The notes beneath the pieces are model-generated. The model worked only from the letters and a program-made list of their open reading frames with translations. It made no database searches and was not told the origin of the DNA. Positions 19,849 to 30,853 of a DNA stretch of 64,000 bases are shown piece by piece. Position 1 is the first letter of the stretch. Every line of letters starts with the position of its first letter. The position numbers and the translations under genes are program-made. This stretch comes from a bacterium (GTDB taxonomy: Bacteria > UBA8248): assembly GCA_965200245.1 (NCBI GenBank), contig CBDATS010000015.1:32001-96000 (forward strand), in the 5' to 3' direction.

Positions 19849-20577
19849 ATGAACGAGGCATATAGACAACGAATAAAACAGCGAACAAAAGAATTGAAAG
19901 AAAAATACAGGCATATGGATGCTGAAGAACGAAGGGAAAGAATAGCGCAATTGATGCCTGAGAAAGATCTGCATTTCTCACCATTCCTGCAACAACGATT
20001 GGAAAAACGAATAAAAGGAATGGAAGAGGAATACAGGCATCTGGCCACGAAAGAGCGAGAAGAAAAAATTGCACAATTGCGTGAGAAACATAGAGAAGAT
20101 GGTTATAACTGTGATTTTCCATTCCCTCTTCATATGGTTTTTGAAGATGCCATGGAACTGGTTCAGGATCCCGAAGAGTTCTCAACATACCAAGAGATAG
20201 CAGACAATCCTGCAAACAATACCTGTGTTGTTGCAGAAGCTTTGGAGTATGCTTCCGCTTCCTGGGGCGAAGAATGGACCTCTTGTCATTTTCTTTTTGA
20301 AAAAGTCTTTCCCAATTATGAAGGCGGGAAATATGCCGGGATGTCTTTCCCTGAATTGAACAAGGAGCCTTGCAGCAGGAAGAAGGAATGGGTGCTCGAC
20401 CTGTTGGACTATGCCATGCGTTATGCTAGGGAAAACCCACAGAGTTATGATTATGATGACATAGAAGACATGCTTGGTCCTATGATTCCACTTCGTGGTT
20501 CTGATGATCCTCCAGGCTTTAGTTATTGGGATGAAGTCGAAAAAATTCATTCTGGCCTTGGGAAATCAAGTATGTAA
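19849..20577 (+). CDS. Hypothetical protein with a duplicated 42-aa charged helical unit
   Basis: 242 aa, AT-rich; KEKYRHMDAEERRERIAQL and EEEYRHLATKEREEKIAQL, 126 nt apart. Confidence 0.65.
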   Translation: MNEAYRQRIKQRTKELKEKYRHMDAEERRERIAQLMPEKDLHFSPFLQQRLEKRIKGMEEEYRHLATKEREEKIAQLREKHREDGYNCDFPFPLHMVFEDAMELVQDPEEFSTYQEIADNPANNTCVVAEALEYASASWGEEWTSCHFLFEKVFPNYEGGKYAGMSFPELNKEPCSRKKEWVLDLLDYAMRYARENPQSYDYDDIEDMLGPMIPLRGSDDPPGFSYWDEVEKIHSGLGKSSM

Positions 20578-20821
20578 TTCCCAAAAGGAAGGGCAGAGCG
20601 ATTAAGACGTGAGAAATCACAGGCAAAGAAACGGCGAGGACGACGAAACAGGGGAGAGACAATGGCAAGACTACCGGATCAGGACTGGATTGACAATCCA
20701 TGGGCCACAGAAAAGAAATGTGACATGAGCAAGGAAAAGTCTCGATTCCAGCATGTAATGTTCAATATCTTCTCAAGGAGACTGGCCAAGCCATGTCCTC
20801 ACCGACGAAAGGAGGTAGCGA

Positions 20822-22031
20822 GTGATCAAGGTAGAGAATGACGATACGAACCTGCGGGGGGTCCGCATTTCTCACTTTCCGGTATACTCAGAGTTGCGGC
20901 AAATACTACCTGTGTGGTCAGGCAGACCGCGCAAGCAGGTGACAGACCTCATAGCATCGATCAACGAACTGACAGGTACTCCAGAGAAACCGGTCGATTC
21001 GACTGATCCGACTACCTGGATACCTGAACGGCAAGAACCGTGATCTGGCCCAAGCCATCTGGGATCGGTCGAACCATGTGGTGAACCCCAGGCATATTTA
21101 CGGCCACTGGCAGTTCGCGCAGGGATACGACCTATTGCAAGACGATGGCGAGGGTCTCCTTCAGCTTACCGAGTTAGGCCAAAACTTCCTCAAGCAACCG
21201 GGCGGTGAAGCTGAGTCTGACGTTGACGAAGCTGAAGGACTGCTCAAGCTGTTGTCTATCGTGGCAGATAGCGGGCCCGCTAAAGCTGCAGGATTCTTCG
21301 ATGAGTGGGGCGACTACCTGACGCGCTGTTCTGCCGTCCGCAAGGATTCCACGATCAAAGAAAGGATGCGCCGACGACTGAAAAACCTCGTCGCGCGTGG
21401 CTTGATCGAGCGGAAGAGGAGTCTTTACTCCGCGACGCCGGACGGCTTGGCTTACCTTAAAAAGACCGAAGACGAAGACTCCATGGCTGGCGGCATCAAC
21501 AACGAGGTAAGGGAGCTGGTTCGAGAGCACGCGAATACGGTTCGCGAGAGCCTGCGCAAGCTACTCCAGGACATGGATCCGTTCGCATTCGAGCACTTGA
21601 TCAAGCGCCTGCTGGAGAAGATGGGCTATGAAAATGCAGAGGTCACCCCTCAATCAGGTGATGGTGGGGTCGACGTTGTCGCCGACATTGAGCTTGGAAT
21701 CACATCGGTTCGCGAGGTCATCCAAGCCAAACGTCACAGCCGACCGATCCAAAGGAAAGACCTTGACGCCCTCCGAGGTTCGCTGCCTCGCTTCAAAGCC
21801 GTCCGAGGAACTATCGTTACGACTTCCAGTTTTTCAAAGCCAACTCAGGAGGCTGCGTTCGCTGAGAATGGTGCCCCCATCACGCTCGTGGATGGTGATA
21901 AGCTGATTGACCTTCCTATTGAATACGAAATCGGTGTCCAAAAGCGGCCGATATATCTACTGGAAGTGAACGCGGATGATCTGCGGGAAATGGACGCGGA
22001 TGCTGTCGCAGCTATCGAAAAAGATAACTGA
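20822..22031 (+). pseudogene. mrr: Mrr-family (type IV) restriction endonuclease split by a frameshift
   Basis: 5' piece ends DPTTWIPERQEP* (21043); another frame continues DLAQAIWDRS..VNPRH; C-terminal Mrr_cat motifs FEHLIKRLL, SGDGGVD, IQAKR, ITLVDG. Confidence 0.8.
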
Positions 22032-22518
22032 GTGTTGTTTGGCGGAGGATTTTGGTCCTTCCCTTGAGAATAGCAGAGAGTGGTGTCCGCATGAGAGCGA
22101 GAAGCCTTGGATCGGTCTGGCCCTTCCACCGTTCCAGAAGTGGATCTACGACATCCGCGATGAGCTTCGGTGCTGGAGCAACGGGAAAGGGCCTTGCTCC
22201 GCGCCCGGCAGTCGTTTTTTTCGTGGTGACATGACCGGCGCTTTCCAGATCGTCGAGAACGGGTTTCGGCAAGCTCCTCTCGGGGAATTTCACTCCATAG
22301 GTCGTCACAGCGAGCCTGGCGATTTCATTCGCGCCCTGCGGATCGTTCGTTCCTGTATTGGCCAGGGCACGCAGGAAAGCGCGTTGTTCTGGGGCAAGGC
22401 CAGCCAGAACTTCGAACTCATCGGGATCAAGCCCGAGGATCTCCTCAACTTGATGAAGATCGATCTGCCAACGACTCCCGACAAAGACGCCAGCCCTGGC
22501 GAGCCAGAGTCGCATCAT
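22012..22518 (-). pseudogene. Probable internal fragment of a restriction endonuclease-like gene
   Basis: GKHPDMMRLWLARAG...YGVKFPERSLPK...TTAGRGARPF reads as a winged-helix region; truncated and overlapping the Mrr 3' end; family assignment is from memory only. Confidence 0.4.
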
Positions 22519-22852
22519 ATCCGGATGTTTCCCGAGTGACGCCGCGCGCGGTGGGGCAAGGGCGTAAGCCTACAGGCAAACCGGCAGGGGGCAAGCTTAT
22601 GGGCAGTTCTACGTGTGTATCAGTCGGGGATGATAGAGTACAGTTCGGAAAACACAGGATCAGGCGGCTTGTGAGTCGGACGCAGCTAACATCCGCTAAA
22701 TTGCCGATGGTTTCACACGAGCGTTGTCTGTCGATTTCCGCACCACTCTTTCCACTGCTCGTGTGAACCAAGGCGCTGCATGCGGCGGCACGAAGACCTC
22801 GTCATTCGGACAGCCCTTTCATTGCTTGATATCGCACTCAGGAGGAAATCTC

Positions 22853-23116
22853 ATGAGTAACACTCAAGAAAGATTGTTGGGTGAAGAACTAGATTTCTAC
22901 GAAAAAAATAAAGAGCGGTTTCTGCGTGAATATACAAACCGCTACCTCCTTATCAAGGGAAGGAAGCTGATTGGCAGTTTTCACACATCCGGTCAAGCGG
23001 TTGCCGAGGGGGTGCGCCAGTTCGGCACCGGCCCTTTTTTGGTGCGATTATCTGGCGAGGACACTCCCCGAGTTTCCATTCCCGCGCTATCGTTGGGGTT
23101 GCTGTGCCAACCCTAA
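22853..23116 (+). CDS. Small hypothetical protein (DUF5678-like)
   Basis: RBS GGAGG then ATG 22853; ELDFYEKNKERFLREYTNRYLLIKG...G...FLVR. Confidence 0.6.
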   Translation: MSNTQERLLGEELDFYEKNKERFLREYTNRYLLIKGRKLIGSFHTSGQAVAEGVRQFGTGPFLVRLSGEDTPRVSIPALSLGLLCQP

Positions 23117-23379
23117 ATCTTTAATGGCAAGGCCCGGATCAAAACCAAAACGGGAGAAGTTCTTCCGGCCCCGGAGAGGTTGCTGGACATGGCCCCATCA
23201 TACCTTGGCTCGCCTTGCCACTGAATCGGACAGATCATTACGGCAATATCCGGGTTGCTCTTTTGGAAATACGGGTTTTCATGGAAACTGTATGCTCGCG
23301 GATGTGGCCAGACGGGTAACATCGGGGATTTTCGGCGGCAAGTTTCAGCTATCTGTCTCCGGTGCTTCGTCGAAAGTCG

Positions 23380-23690
23380 CTTGTAGTTTCTTGCCCAATG
23401 CATCCGTGGCCTACGTGAAGCACCTCGACCACATCGTCGTTGATGTCGTTGATGAGGTGCAACACACAGCAATTACCGATAATCAGATGGCGTATGCCCT
23501 GCCGGATATCCGCATCCTCCGGTGCCAACGGTCAGAGTCCGGCCAGCAGGTCGAGCCCTTCGATGGCTCCGACAATCTGCAGATACCGGTTCAGCGCATT
23601 TTATGGAGACTCTTCGGCTATCCGGCTGTATCGCCATTCAAGATCGTTTTTCGCTGTCGGCTTGATTTCAATGCAGTATTTCTTCTTCAA
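23380..23690 (-). pseudogene. RelE/ParE-family toxin with internal stop codons
   Basis: TTG 23690: KKKYCIEIKPTAKNDLE...ESP*NALN...GL*PLAPED...IRHLIIG...VEVLHVGHG; two in-frame stops; 3' end approximate. Confidence 0.75.
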
Positions 23691-23961
23691 CGGACAATGC
23701 CGTGCCTGGACTCGAACCCGTCGGTAAATTCCCGAAGTGGTCGACCCTCCTCCATGGCTTGCCTGATGTTTTGAAGGCTTTCGGCAAACTCTCCGCCAGT
23801 GCAGCTGTTTTCTCGCAGGTTTCGGCGTCCTGGACAACCACCGTGGCCTTGCCGTCGACCCCAAGAACCCCGGGGCGCCTGCTTTCGGACAACCGTTTGA
23901 TGTGCTCCATCGGTTTACGACTGAATTCCGTTACCGTATAAATATCCGAGTTTCGAAACAT
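23687..23961 (-). pseudogene. Phd/YefM-family antitoxin, frameshifted
   Basis: MFRNSDIYTVTEFSRKP..HIKRL....P..L...GKA.VVVQD; the likely native tail (IRQAMEEGRPLREF...IVR*) is in another frame and its stop overlaps the toxin start. Confidence 0.7.
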
Positions 23962-24754
23962 TCTCCCCGTCTCTTGGACAAGGGAAAAATTCTTCTCTGT
24001 TTATGTGAAATTTCCACTGTTTAGCAAACTACGATTCGCATATCCGCCCATGAGTTCGAAAAAGCCAATACCTGCAATGCTTTCAACAGACTATAAAGAT
24101 TCTACCCCTGTCAGAAATTCCCTGGCGTCTGAAAACGGGCGGAACATCGGACGAATCAGCGGCAGATGCGGACTCTCTGTCTTATCTGTGCGATTGTCTG
24201 TTCATATATCCTTATGGCATGTCGAACAGTCGGATAAAGGATTTATATGACATCTGATTGCAGTCCTGCCAGATCGACTTTACAGGTAATGAACTGGTTT
24301 AGGTCAATAGACTGACCTCCGGGCGGCGAAGTATGGAGTTGTCACTCACAATCGAGTCGCTCACCCAGCCGTTCATTGATACCAGACAGACCCAGTGTAG
24401 AGTGTTCCGTAAAAGACTCCTTCAGAAGTGGGTCCCTGCCTGATTCATGGAAATCACAGCTTTTGTGGGCAGTATCTGTCGTCTATCCTTGTGTCTCTCC
24501 CCTCAGTAATGCCAATACCGGGAAATTGGACGGTACCCGTCTTGAAACGTGATATTTCCATTTCCTTCGTCTCAGCGAGCATGTTGATCGGTTCAGAGCA
24601 GCGATCGTAGATTCTGAGGCGCATCATATGACGAAAGATGAGACACTGAATCCAGATGAGAACGCGACGCGCTGGCATGTAGCCGTGTTCAAGCTGTTGC
24701 CACTATGGTCGAGTCTACACAGGTTCAAACAGTATTGACGGCCTGGGAGGAAAA

Positions 24755-25996
24755 ATGAGCAGGACGCCCATCGGACCCGCCCTTCGTATTGGCGAATTCG
24801 TTCCCCTCGTCGCCCTTCTGATGGCCTTGGTCGCGCTCTCTATCGACGCGATACTGCCGGCGTTGCCCGTGATAGGCCACGACCTCGGGACGCCGCGCAG
24901 AAACGATGTTCAGTTCATCGTCACGGCTGTGCTCCTGGGACTCGGCTTCGGGCAGATCGTTTTTGGCCCTCTCTCCGACAGAATCGGGCGCAAGCCCTCT
25001 ATCAATATCGGCCTCGTTTTGTTCATGCTTGGATGTTTCATGAGCACCTTCGCATTCACTTTCGAGGTGATGATTGTGGGTCGTGTACTACAGGGCATCG
25101 GAATCGCGGGACCGCGCATCGTGACCGTTGCCCTGGTGCGCGATCAATACGAAGGACGCCAAATGGCTCGTCTCATGTCGTTTGCGATGGCCGTGTTCAT
25201 TCTCGTCCCCACTGTCGCTCCGTCCCTCGGCCTGGGAATACTGCTGCTGGGCGGCTGGCGCGCGATATTCGTCACCTTCATCATCATCGCTGCGATCACA
25301 CTCGCGTGGTTTGCACTTCGTCAACCGGAAACCCTTCCACCCGACTGTCGGCGGCCCCTCTCCCCGCGCGTCATCGGTGGAACCGTCCTGGAGGCGCTGA
25401 GCATTCGGGCTGCGCTTGGATACACCGTGGCCACCGGATGTGTGTTCGCACCGTTCGTGGCCTACCTTAGTTCCGCCCAGCAAATCTTCCAGGAGGCCTA
25501 CAGGACCGGCGCGCTTTTCCCGGCCTATTTCGGCGTGCTGGCGCTCGCTTTCGGAGCCGCCTCTCTCGTGAACGGGTGGCTCGTTGTGAAGTACGGGATG
25601 CGCCGGCTCTCGAGGGCGGCGACGGTGTCCATGACACTGGTCTCGGCCGTTGCGTGGGTGCTGGCCTTCGCCTTCGAGGGGCTTCCTTCGTTGTGGCTGT
25701 TCATGATTTACCTGCTCCTCGTCTTTGTCTGTATTGGACTGCTCTTCGGAAATCTCAATGCGCTTGCCATGGAACCCCTCGGTCACATCGCCGGAGTGGG
25801 TGCGGGCGTGGTTGCTTCTCTATCCACCTTTATCTCGGTGCCATTCGGAGCGCTCGTGGGCCAGGGTTTCGATGGAACCATGTTCACCCTGATTGCCGCT
25901 TTCGGGGCCTTCGGAGCAGGGACCTACGCCGCCATGAGATGGGCCGAGGGAGGTGGAGGCGCACAACGTAGCCGCGATACTACCGCTCGATCATGA
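24755..25996 (+). CDS. Bcr/CflA-family MFS multidrug efflux transporter
   Basis: ALSIDAILPALP, GPLSDRIGRKP, GRVLQG, ~12 TM; RBS GGAGG. Confidence 0.92.
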   Translation: MSRTPIGPALRIGEFVPLVALLMALVALSIDAILPALPVIGHDLGTPRRNDVQFIVTAVLLGLGFGQIVFGPLSDRIGRKPSINIGLVLFMLGCFMSTFAFTFEVMIVGRVLQGIGIAGPRIVTVALVRDQYEGRQMARLMSFAMAVFILVPTVAPSLGLGILLLGGWRAIFVTFIIIAAITLAWFALRQPETLPPDCRRPLSPRVIGGTVLEALSIRAALGYTVATGCVFAPFVAYLSSAQQIFQEAYRTGALFPAYFGVLALAFGAASLVNGWLVVKYGMRRLSRAATVSMTLVSAVAWVLAFAFEGLPSLWLFMIYLLLVFVCIGLLFGNLNALAMEPLGHIAGVGAGVVASLSTFISVPFGALVGQGFDGTMFTLIAAFGAFGAGTYAAMRWAEGGGGAQRSRDTTARS

Positions 25997-26749
25997 TCCT
26001 CTGTCATCCGCTGGATGTCTCCAGATATCTCGAGAATCACATTACCCGCCGCAGTTTGTTCGATGTGCTCGCGTCTCATGGATTCCCGTAACTTTGTGCC
26101 ACGCATGGTCACGTGAACTCGCCGGCAAGCGGATGCGACGCAGGCATGAATCGGTCACCGTCGCGGGAAACCCGTCCGGTGGTTCCTGAAAATGGACGTT
26201 GCGGGGCGCCGGAGTATGATCGCAAGCAAGTTGTTGCTGGACGGGCTTTGGAGGACGACCCCACAATAGTCCGACACTGACCCACCGGGATGCATGGGAG
26301 TTGTAATAAACTCGCTTTCGATTTGATTCCATATTGCAGCAGGCGAATCTCGAACGAAACCGGGAATCATGAATTTTTCCCGATAAAATCAATACGATGA
26401 GAAGGATATCATCGTCGTTTATAACATTTCTCCGCTTCCAGGAGGGTGAAAGCGAGTTCCACTATGGGCAATGCAGGGACACGGCAACCTGAACCTCTGG
26501 CCCGTGGATTTGCTGAAAAAATGCTGAACGGAGAAATCCCCGACGAGCGCGAGAAGACCGTCTGCATCAGATAGAAATCGGGCTGCGACACCCGTCCCGA
26601 AGATTATCCCAGGTGATGGTGAATGGGCTTGTGAATGCTCAGGTAGCTGCAGGTGGCTGATTCACGGAAGCACCCGGAAGTTTTGATATCATGCACGTCG
26701 CATCCAAGGCAGCTTCGATATGTTCCGCCCACCGTTCCTTATTCATCCT

Positions 26750-27170
26750 CTAAGCGGGAGTAGCTGTGCTGGTGGCGCCTGCTACCAGACCCCTTGCACT
26801 GAATATGAGGGCGTCAACTCCGCAAACGTCCTTTCTGGACTCCCGCTTGTTGAGCGCGTAGCCATGCACTCTGATCGTTTCGAACCCTTTGCGCATTCTT
26901 CGGGAATCGACGATGGTGTGAGGCGAATATCTTTCCTGCCTGGACGTAAGAGGGCACTCCGCAAACTCTGGATGATACGCCAGCATCGCCTTGCCGCTGG
27001 ATACGCAATGAGCAGAAGCCGTCGTTCCCACGGTCGTTCGGGTGACAACGGCTTGTCTGTTCTACACCTTCTCCAGACAGGTAACTCGATCACCTTCCGG
27101 CACCGTCAACAATACGTTCTCGTTGATGGCGTCTCTCAGATTCGTCATATGCGGAATAACGATTTCACTT
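26750..27170 (-). pseudogene. IclR-family regulator remnant (effector domain only)
   Basis: PHMTNLRDAINENVLL...CLEKV* then AHCVSSGKAMLAY...TI....L..IR..GYA.N.RE; internal stop, no HTH seen. Confidence 0.7.
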
Positions 27171-27206
27171 TCATTTTCGAGACTTTCGGAATAAAGCCTC
27201 CGAGCC

Positions 27207-27830
27207 TTACCTTGGTTGTCCGTCTTCGAAACTTCTTTCCAGAAACTCGCCAAGAGTGCACTGCCAAAAGCCGTTCAAACGTCCGATGGGCCCGAGTTTG
27301 TTCATGTCGATGTATTTTCCGGTCATGACGGCGGGGTTGACGTGGAAATAGACGACTTCTCCAATCAGAAGGGGATGTTTGTTCGGACCGAGTTCGAACA
27401 CATTGTGGGTCTTGCACTCGAAGTGAATGGGCGCGTCCTTGATGCGCGGGGCCTTCACCTTCTTGGCGGGTATCGGCTCGAGGTCGGTGGCATCGAATTC
27501 ACTTTCTTCCGCCGGAATGCCGTTCGCCGTATCTACCATCTGCTCCCAATGACGGTAGGTGACGACGTTGAAGCAGAATTCCCCGGTTTCTTCTGCGTTG
27601 ATAAGGGTGTGTTTCTTTGTGCCATCAGGGTTTCTTGCCACGGTGAGCGATATCATCGGTGGTGCCACGCAGACACAGGTGAAGAAACTGAAAGGTGCAA
27701 TGTTATGTATTCCGTCCTTGCTGATGGATGACGCCCAGCCAATGGGACGGGGAACGATAGAGCCCGTGAGCAGGCGGTAAATCTCGCGCCTCTCAATCTC
27801 GTCGGGGTCGAATTCCAGGTATTCGCTCAT
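27207..27830 (-). CDS. Flavin reductase-like FMN-binding protein
   Basis: IVPRPIGW, NIAPFSFF, KHTLIN, IGRLNG; ATG 27830. Confidence 0.9.
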   Translation of the reverse strand: MSEYLEFDPDEIERREIYRLLTGSIVPRPIGWASSISKDGIHNIAPFSFFTCVCVAPPMISLTVARNPDGTKKHTLINAEETGEFCFNVVTYRHWEQMVDTANGIPAEESEFDATDLEPIPAKKVKAPRIKDAPIHFECKTHNVFELGPNKHPLLIGEVVYFHVNPAVMTGKYIDMNKLGPIGRLNGFWQCTLGEFLERSFEDGQPR

Positions 27831-27873
27831 CTGAGTCCTCAAAAAGGTTGTAAGCACGAAAGAAGCGTCGCAT

Positions 27874-28641
27874 CTATGACATATAGCGTCCCGCGTTCAC
27901 GGCGATGGTCTGGCCCGTGAGATAGGCGGATTCGGGCGACGCCAGCATAAGCACCCAGCCCACCATGTCTTCCACTTCGGCGATGCGGCCCAAAAGCGTC
28001 CCCTTGCCGATCATCTCGCGTTGTTCTTCGGAGCGCACAGCAATGACACGCTCGGTTGCCGTGGTTCCCGGGGCGATGGCGTTCACGCGGACGTTGTATT
28101 TTCCAAGGTCATAGGCGAGCACGCGGGTCAGGGCGTGAACTCCTGCCTTGGCCGCCGCATAGGGCGGGGATGAGGGCTGCAGTGTTGTGATTCCTGACAT
28201 GGAGCCCAGGTTGATCACGCAGCCGCTGTTTTGTTTCTCGAAAACGGGCGTAAGGTATTTCGAAGTCAAAAAGACGCTTTTCAAGTTCCTGTCCACCACA
28301 GCATCCCATTCATCTTCCGAGGTATCGCCCATAGAGAGTTGCTGGTGAAACCCGCCCGCGCAATTCACGAAAATATCGATGGCGCCCGCCTCGCTCGCGA
28401 TGCGCTGGATCATCTGTTTTACGGCCACCGAATCCGTGAGGTCGCAGTCGATGAAGGTAGCGTCGCCGCCTTTTTCGCGAATGTCTGCACCGGCTGCTTC
28501 ACCGAGTTCGGTGTCGATGTCTACGAGATACGTCTTGGCGCCCGCCTCGGCGAACTGCTCCGCCGATCCCTTTCCGATGCCGCGCGATGCGCCCGTGACG
28601 ACGGCGACATCACCGGAAAAATCAAAGCTGGTCTTGCCCAT
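27874..28641 (-). CDS. SDR-family oxidoreductase
   Basis: TGASRGIG, NCAG, YAAAK, VNAIAPG. Confidence 0.92.
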   Translation of the reverse strand: MGKTSFDFSGDVAVVTGASRGIGKGSAEQFAEAGAKTYLVDIDTELGEAAGADIREKGGDATFIDCDLTDSVAVKQMIQRIASEAGAIDIFVNCAGGFHQQLSMGDTSEDEWDAVVDRNLKSVFLTSKYLTPVFEKQNSGCVINLGSMSGITTLQPSSPPYAAAKAGVHALTRVLAYDLGKYNVRVNAIAPGTTATERVIAVRSEEQREMIGKGTLLGRIAEVEDMVGWVLMLASPESAYLTGQTIAVNAGRYMS

Positions 28642-28671
28642 GGTAAGATCTCCTTTGGGATGATGGATCTT

Positions 28672-29478
28672 TTATGACTTCAGAAATTTCAACACGCTTT
28701 CGTTGAATATATCGGGTTGCTCCCACTGGGCCATGTGGCCAGCGTCGGGAATTACATCCACTTCTGCATGGGGGGCGGCATTTTGGCAAGCGCTCCGGCG
28801 TTCTTCGAGTGTAGGGTAGGCGATGACATCGGCGTCTCCCCATAACATGAGCAACGGCATGGAGCATGCCGGAAGCAAATCGGGCAGGTAGGGTTTCCGG
28901 TTCATGGCGTAGATGTTCATCCTCGAATTCCTGAGATTCGTCCAGGCTTGGGAGAGGTACGCCTCGTCTGCGGATCCACGTTTTTTGAACATCAGCGCCT
29001 TTTGGTTGTGAACGAACACCTCGTACTTCTCCTCAGGGCTCATGTTCCTGCCAGCGCGGCGTTCATCACCCAGCTTGACGTCACCTGTGATCCCCAGACC
29101 TCCCGGGCCGAGCAAAACGATTTTTTTGAACCGCGAGGCGTTGTCCTGGCAAAACGTCACGCTCATCGTCGCGCCGAAGGAAAAGGCCACGCAAAGGCAC
29201 TTCTCGATTCCGAGCCCATTGAGTAGCCGGCTTATGCCCTGCGTGACGGATGAAGGCGTATGCGGCTTGGGTGGCAAGTAGCTTTCACCGAAGGCGGGCA
29301 GGTCGATCGCCAGCGTGCGATAATGCAAAGCGAAGAGCGACTGGTTCTTGATCCAGTGGTTCGCCGCTCCGAAGCCGCCGTGTACGAGGAGGAGGGGTTC
29401 ACCATTTGTGTCCCCAGCCTCGGTATAGGCGAGCGGGCCTTCGGGAGTTGGCAGTGTTTTGGATATGAGCCGGGTCAA
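28672..29478 (-). CDS. Alpha/beta-fold hydrolase
   Basis: HGGFG, DLPAFGES, AFSFG nucleophile elbow, WGDAD, AGH; probable TTG start 29478. Confidence 0.85.
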   Translation of the reverse strand: MTRLISKTLPTPEGPLAYTEAGDTNGEPLLLVHGGFGAANHWIKNQSLFALHYRTLAIDLPAFGESYLPPKPHTPSSVTQGISRLLNGLGIEKCLCVAFSFGATMSVTFCQDNASRFKKIVLLGPGGLGITGDVKLGDERRAGRNMSPEEKYEVFVHNQKALMFKKRGSADEAYLSQAWTNLRNSRMNIYAMNRKPYLPDLLPACSMPLLMLWGDADVIAYPTLEERRSACQNAAPHAEVDVIPDAGHMAQWEQPDIFNESVLKFLKS

Positions 29479-30242
29479 TGAACATCCTCTGATACATGAC
29501 AATATGGTGGAGGCTATCATTTTTCGTCCGATGCTGTGTAGCTGGTTCGGGGTTTTCGCCGCCGGTTCTCGTGCATCCACTTGCCAGAAGTGCCGGGAAG
29601 CGACGGGGGTGCCTACACGCTTCCGTTGTCAGGCAGACATGGTCGCCGAGCAAGGTGGCATCAATGGGGTGGACGAAAAACAAGCCTGAACGAGGGTCGC
29701 TGGATTCGGAACGACCATGCAACAGATTGGACGGGGGACCCGGTGTGGGACTGGTTCAGGTGCAGGCCAATTGCAACCTCATCAACCGCGTGGTGCCGGG
29801 TTTGGGCGTCAGCCTGGATGATGCTTTGGAGCGGGTGCCGAAGCCTGGCGGACTCATCAGAGAAAAAACGCGTCTCTCGGGCTGGCAACCTTCTAGGGGG
29901 TGCCTTTGATGAATTCGATGAGTGTGCCGACGATTCCGTTGTCATAGAGTGTCCACGCCGTTACCACGACGACGAGCACGAGAACGCTCAAAAGCAGATA
30001 TTCGAGTAAACCGTGTTTAATAGCGGGGGGTTTGGGGGGATTTCTTTTCGCCATGCGGAAGATTCTCGGGTGTGGATGGAATAGGGGGTCAATTTGCCAG
30101 TGAATTATAAACGTTATTCACTGCATGAGAAACCCGCAGCGTGCCTGAGGAAAGCCCGGATAGACAAGGGCAGGACATCCCGTTTATGGTATAGCCCATC
30201 GCGAGCCGTCTCTTCATTGCATCACGGAGTTTTATATTTCAC

Positions 30243-30821
30243 ATGGATTCTGCCAAATACAATTTAGGCGAAGTCGAAAAAATCAGAACCGAAGCCATTG
30301 GCGTAGCGGGAAAACGGATTTTCCGCATCCTGATCGATTGTCCGACCAAGGCGGCTGCCACGCTCTGGTTGGAAAAAGAGCAGGTCTACGGCCTTTCGAT
30401 GGCGATGAAAAAGATGGTGGAGGCGAAAGGGCAGGAAGAACGCTCGGACGAGGAACCGGATTTTCCGGACATTGCCGAAGTCGGTTCCAGCCCGGTGAAA
30501 TCCCGGGGGACGCTCGAGTTCAAGGTGAGTCGTATGGGACTTGCGTATGGTCCGGGCAAAGGCAACGTCACGGTCTTTTTCTATGATGAACGCGACGAAG
30601 TCATCTCGGAGGGACAGTCTTCGGCAGATGAGGAATACGAGGAAGCCACAGTTGGTCCGGCTGCACTGCAGGTAAGTCTTGCGCACGCACAGTTGGAAGA
30701 ATTCATCACCCAAAGTTTGGATGCATGTTCCTCCGGGAGAGGGACGGATGCGCTCTCTCGTCATGCCATGGTGGCCACTGGCAAGGTGGACCCCAATACG
30801 AACGGGCATTTTCGTCATTAG
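30243..30821 (+). CDS. DUF3090-family protein
   Basis: AIGVAGKRIF, WLEKEQ, EFKV..MGLAY, SGR...NGH; immediately upstream of a SCO1664-like gene. Confidence 0.75.
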   Translation: MDSAKYNLGEVEKIRTEAIGVAGKRIFRILIDCPTKAAATLWLEKEQVYGLSMAMKKMVEAKGQEERSDEEPDFPDIAEVGSSPVKSRGTLEFKVSRMGLAYGPGKGNVTVFFYDERDEVISEGQSSADEEYEEATVGPAALQVSLAHAQLEEFITQSLDACSSGRGTDALSRHAMVATGKVDPNTNGHFRH

Positions 30822-30853
30822 ACCGCATTTTTCTTTCGCGACAGGGAACTCTT

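Noticed and set aside
24250-24720. Short ORFs upstream of the Bcr/CflA gene
   Set aside because: No recognisable protein signature in any frame I read
29500-30010. Overlapping short ORFs on both strands
   Set aside because: No RBS or motif support; possibly an eroded gene but not assignable
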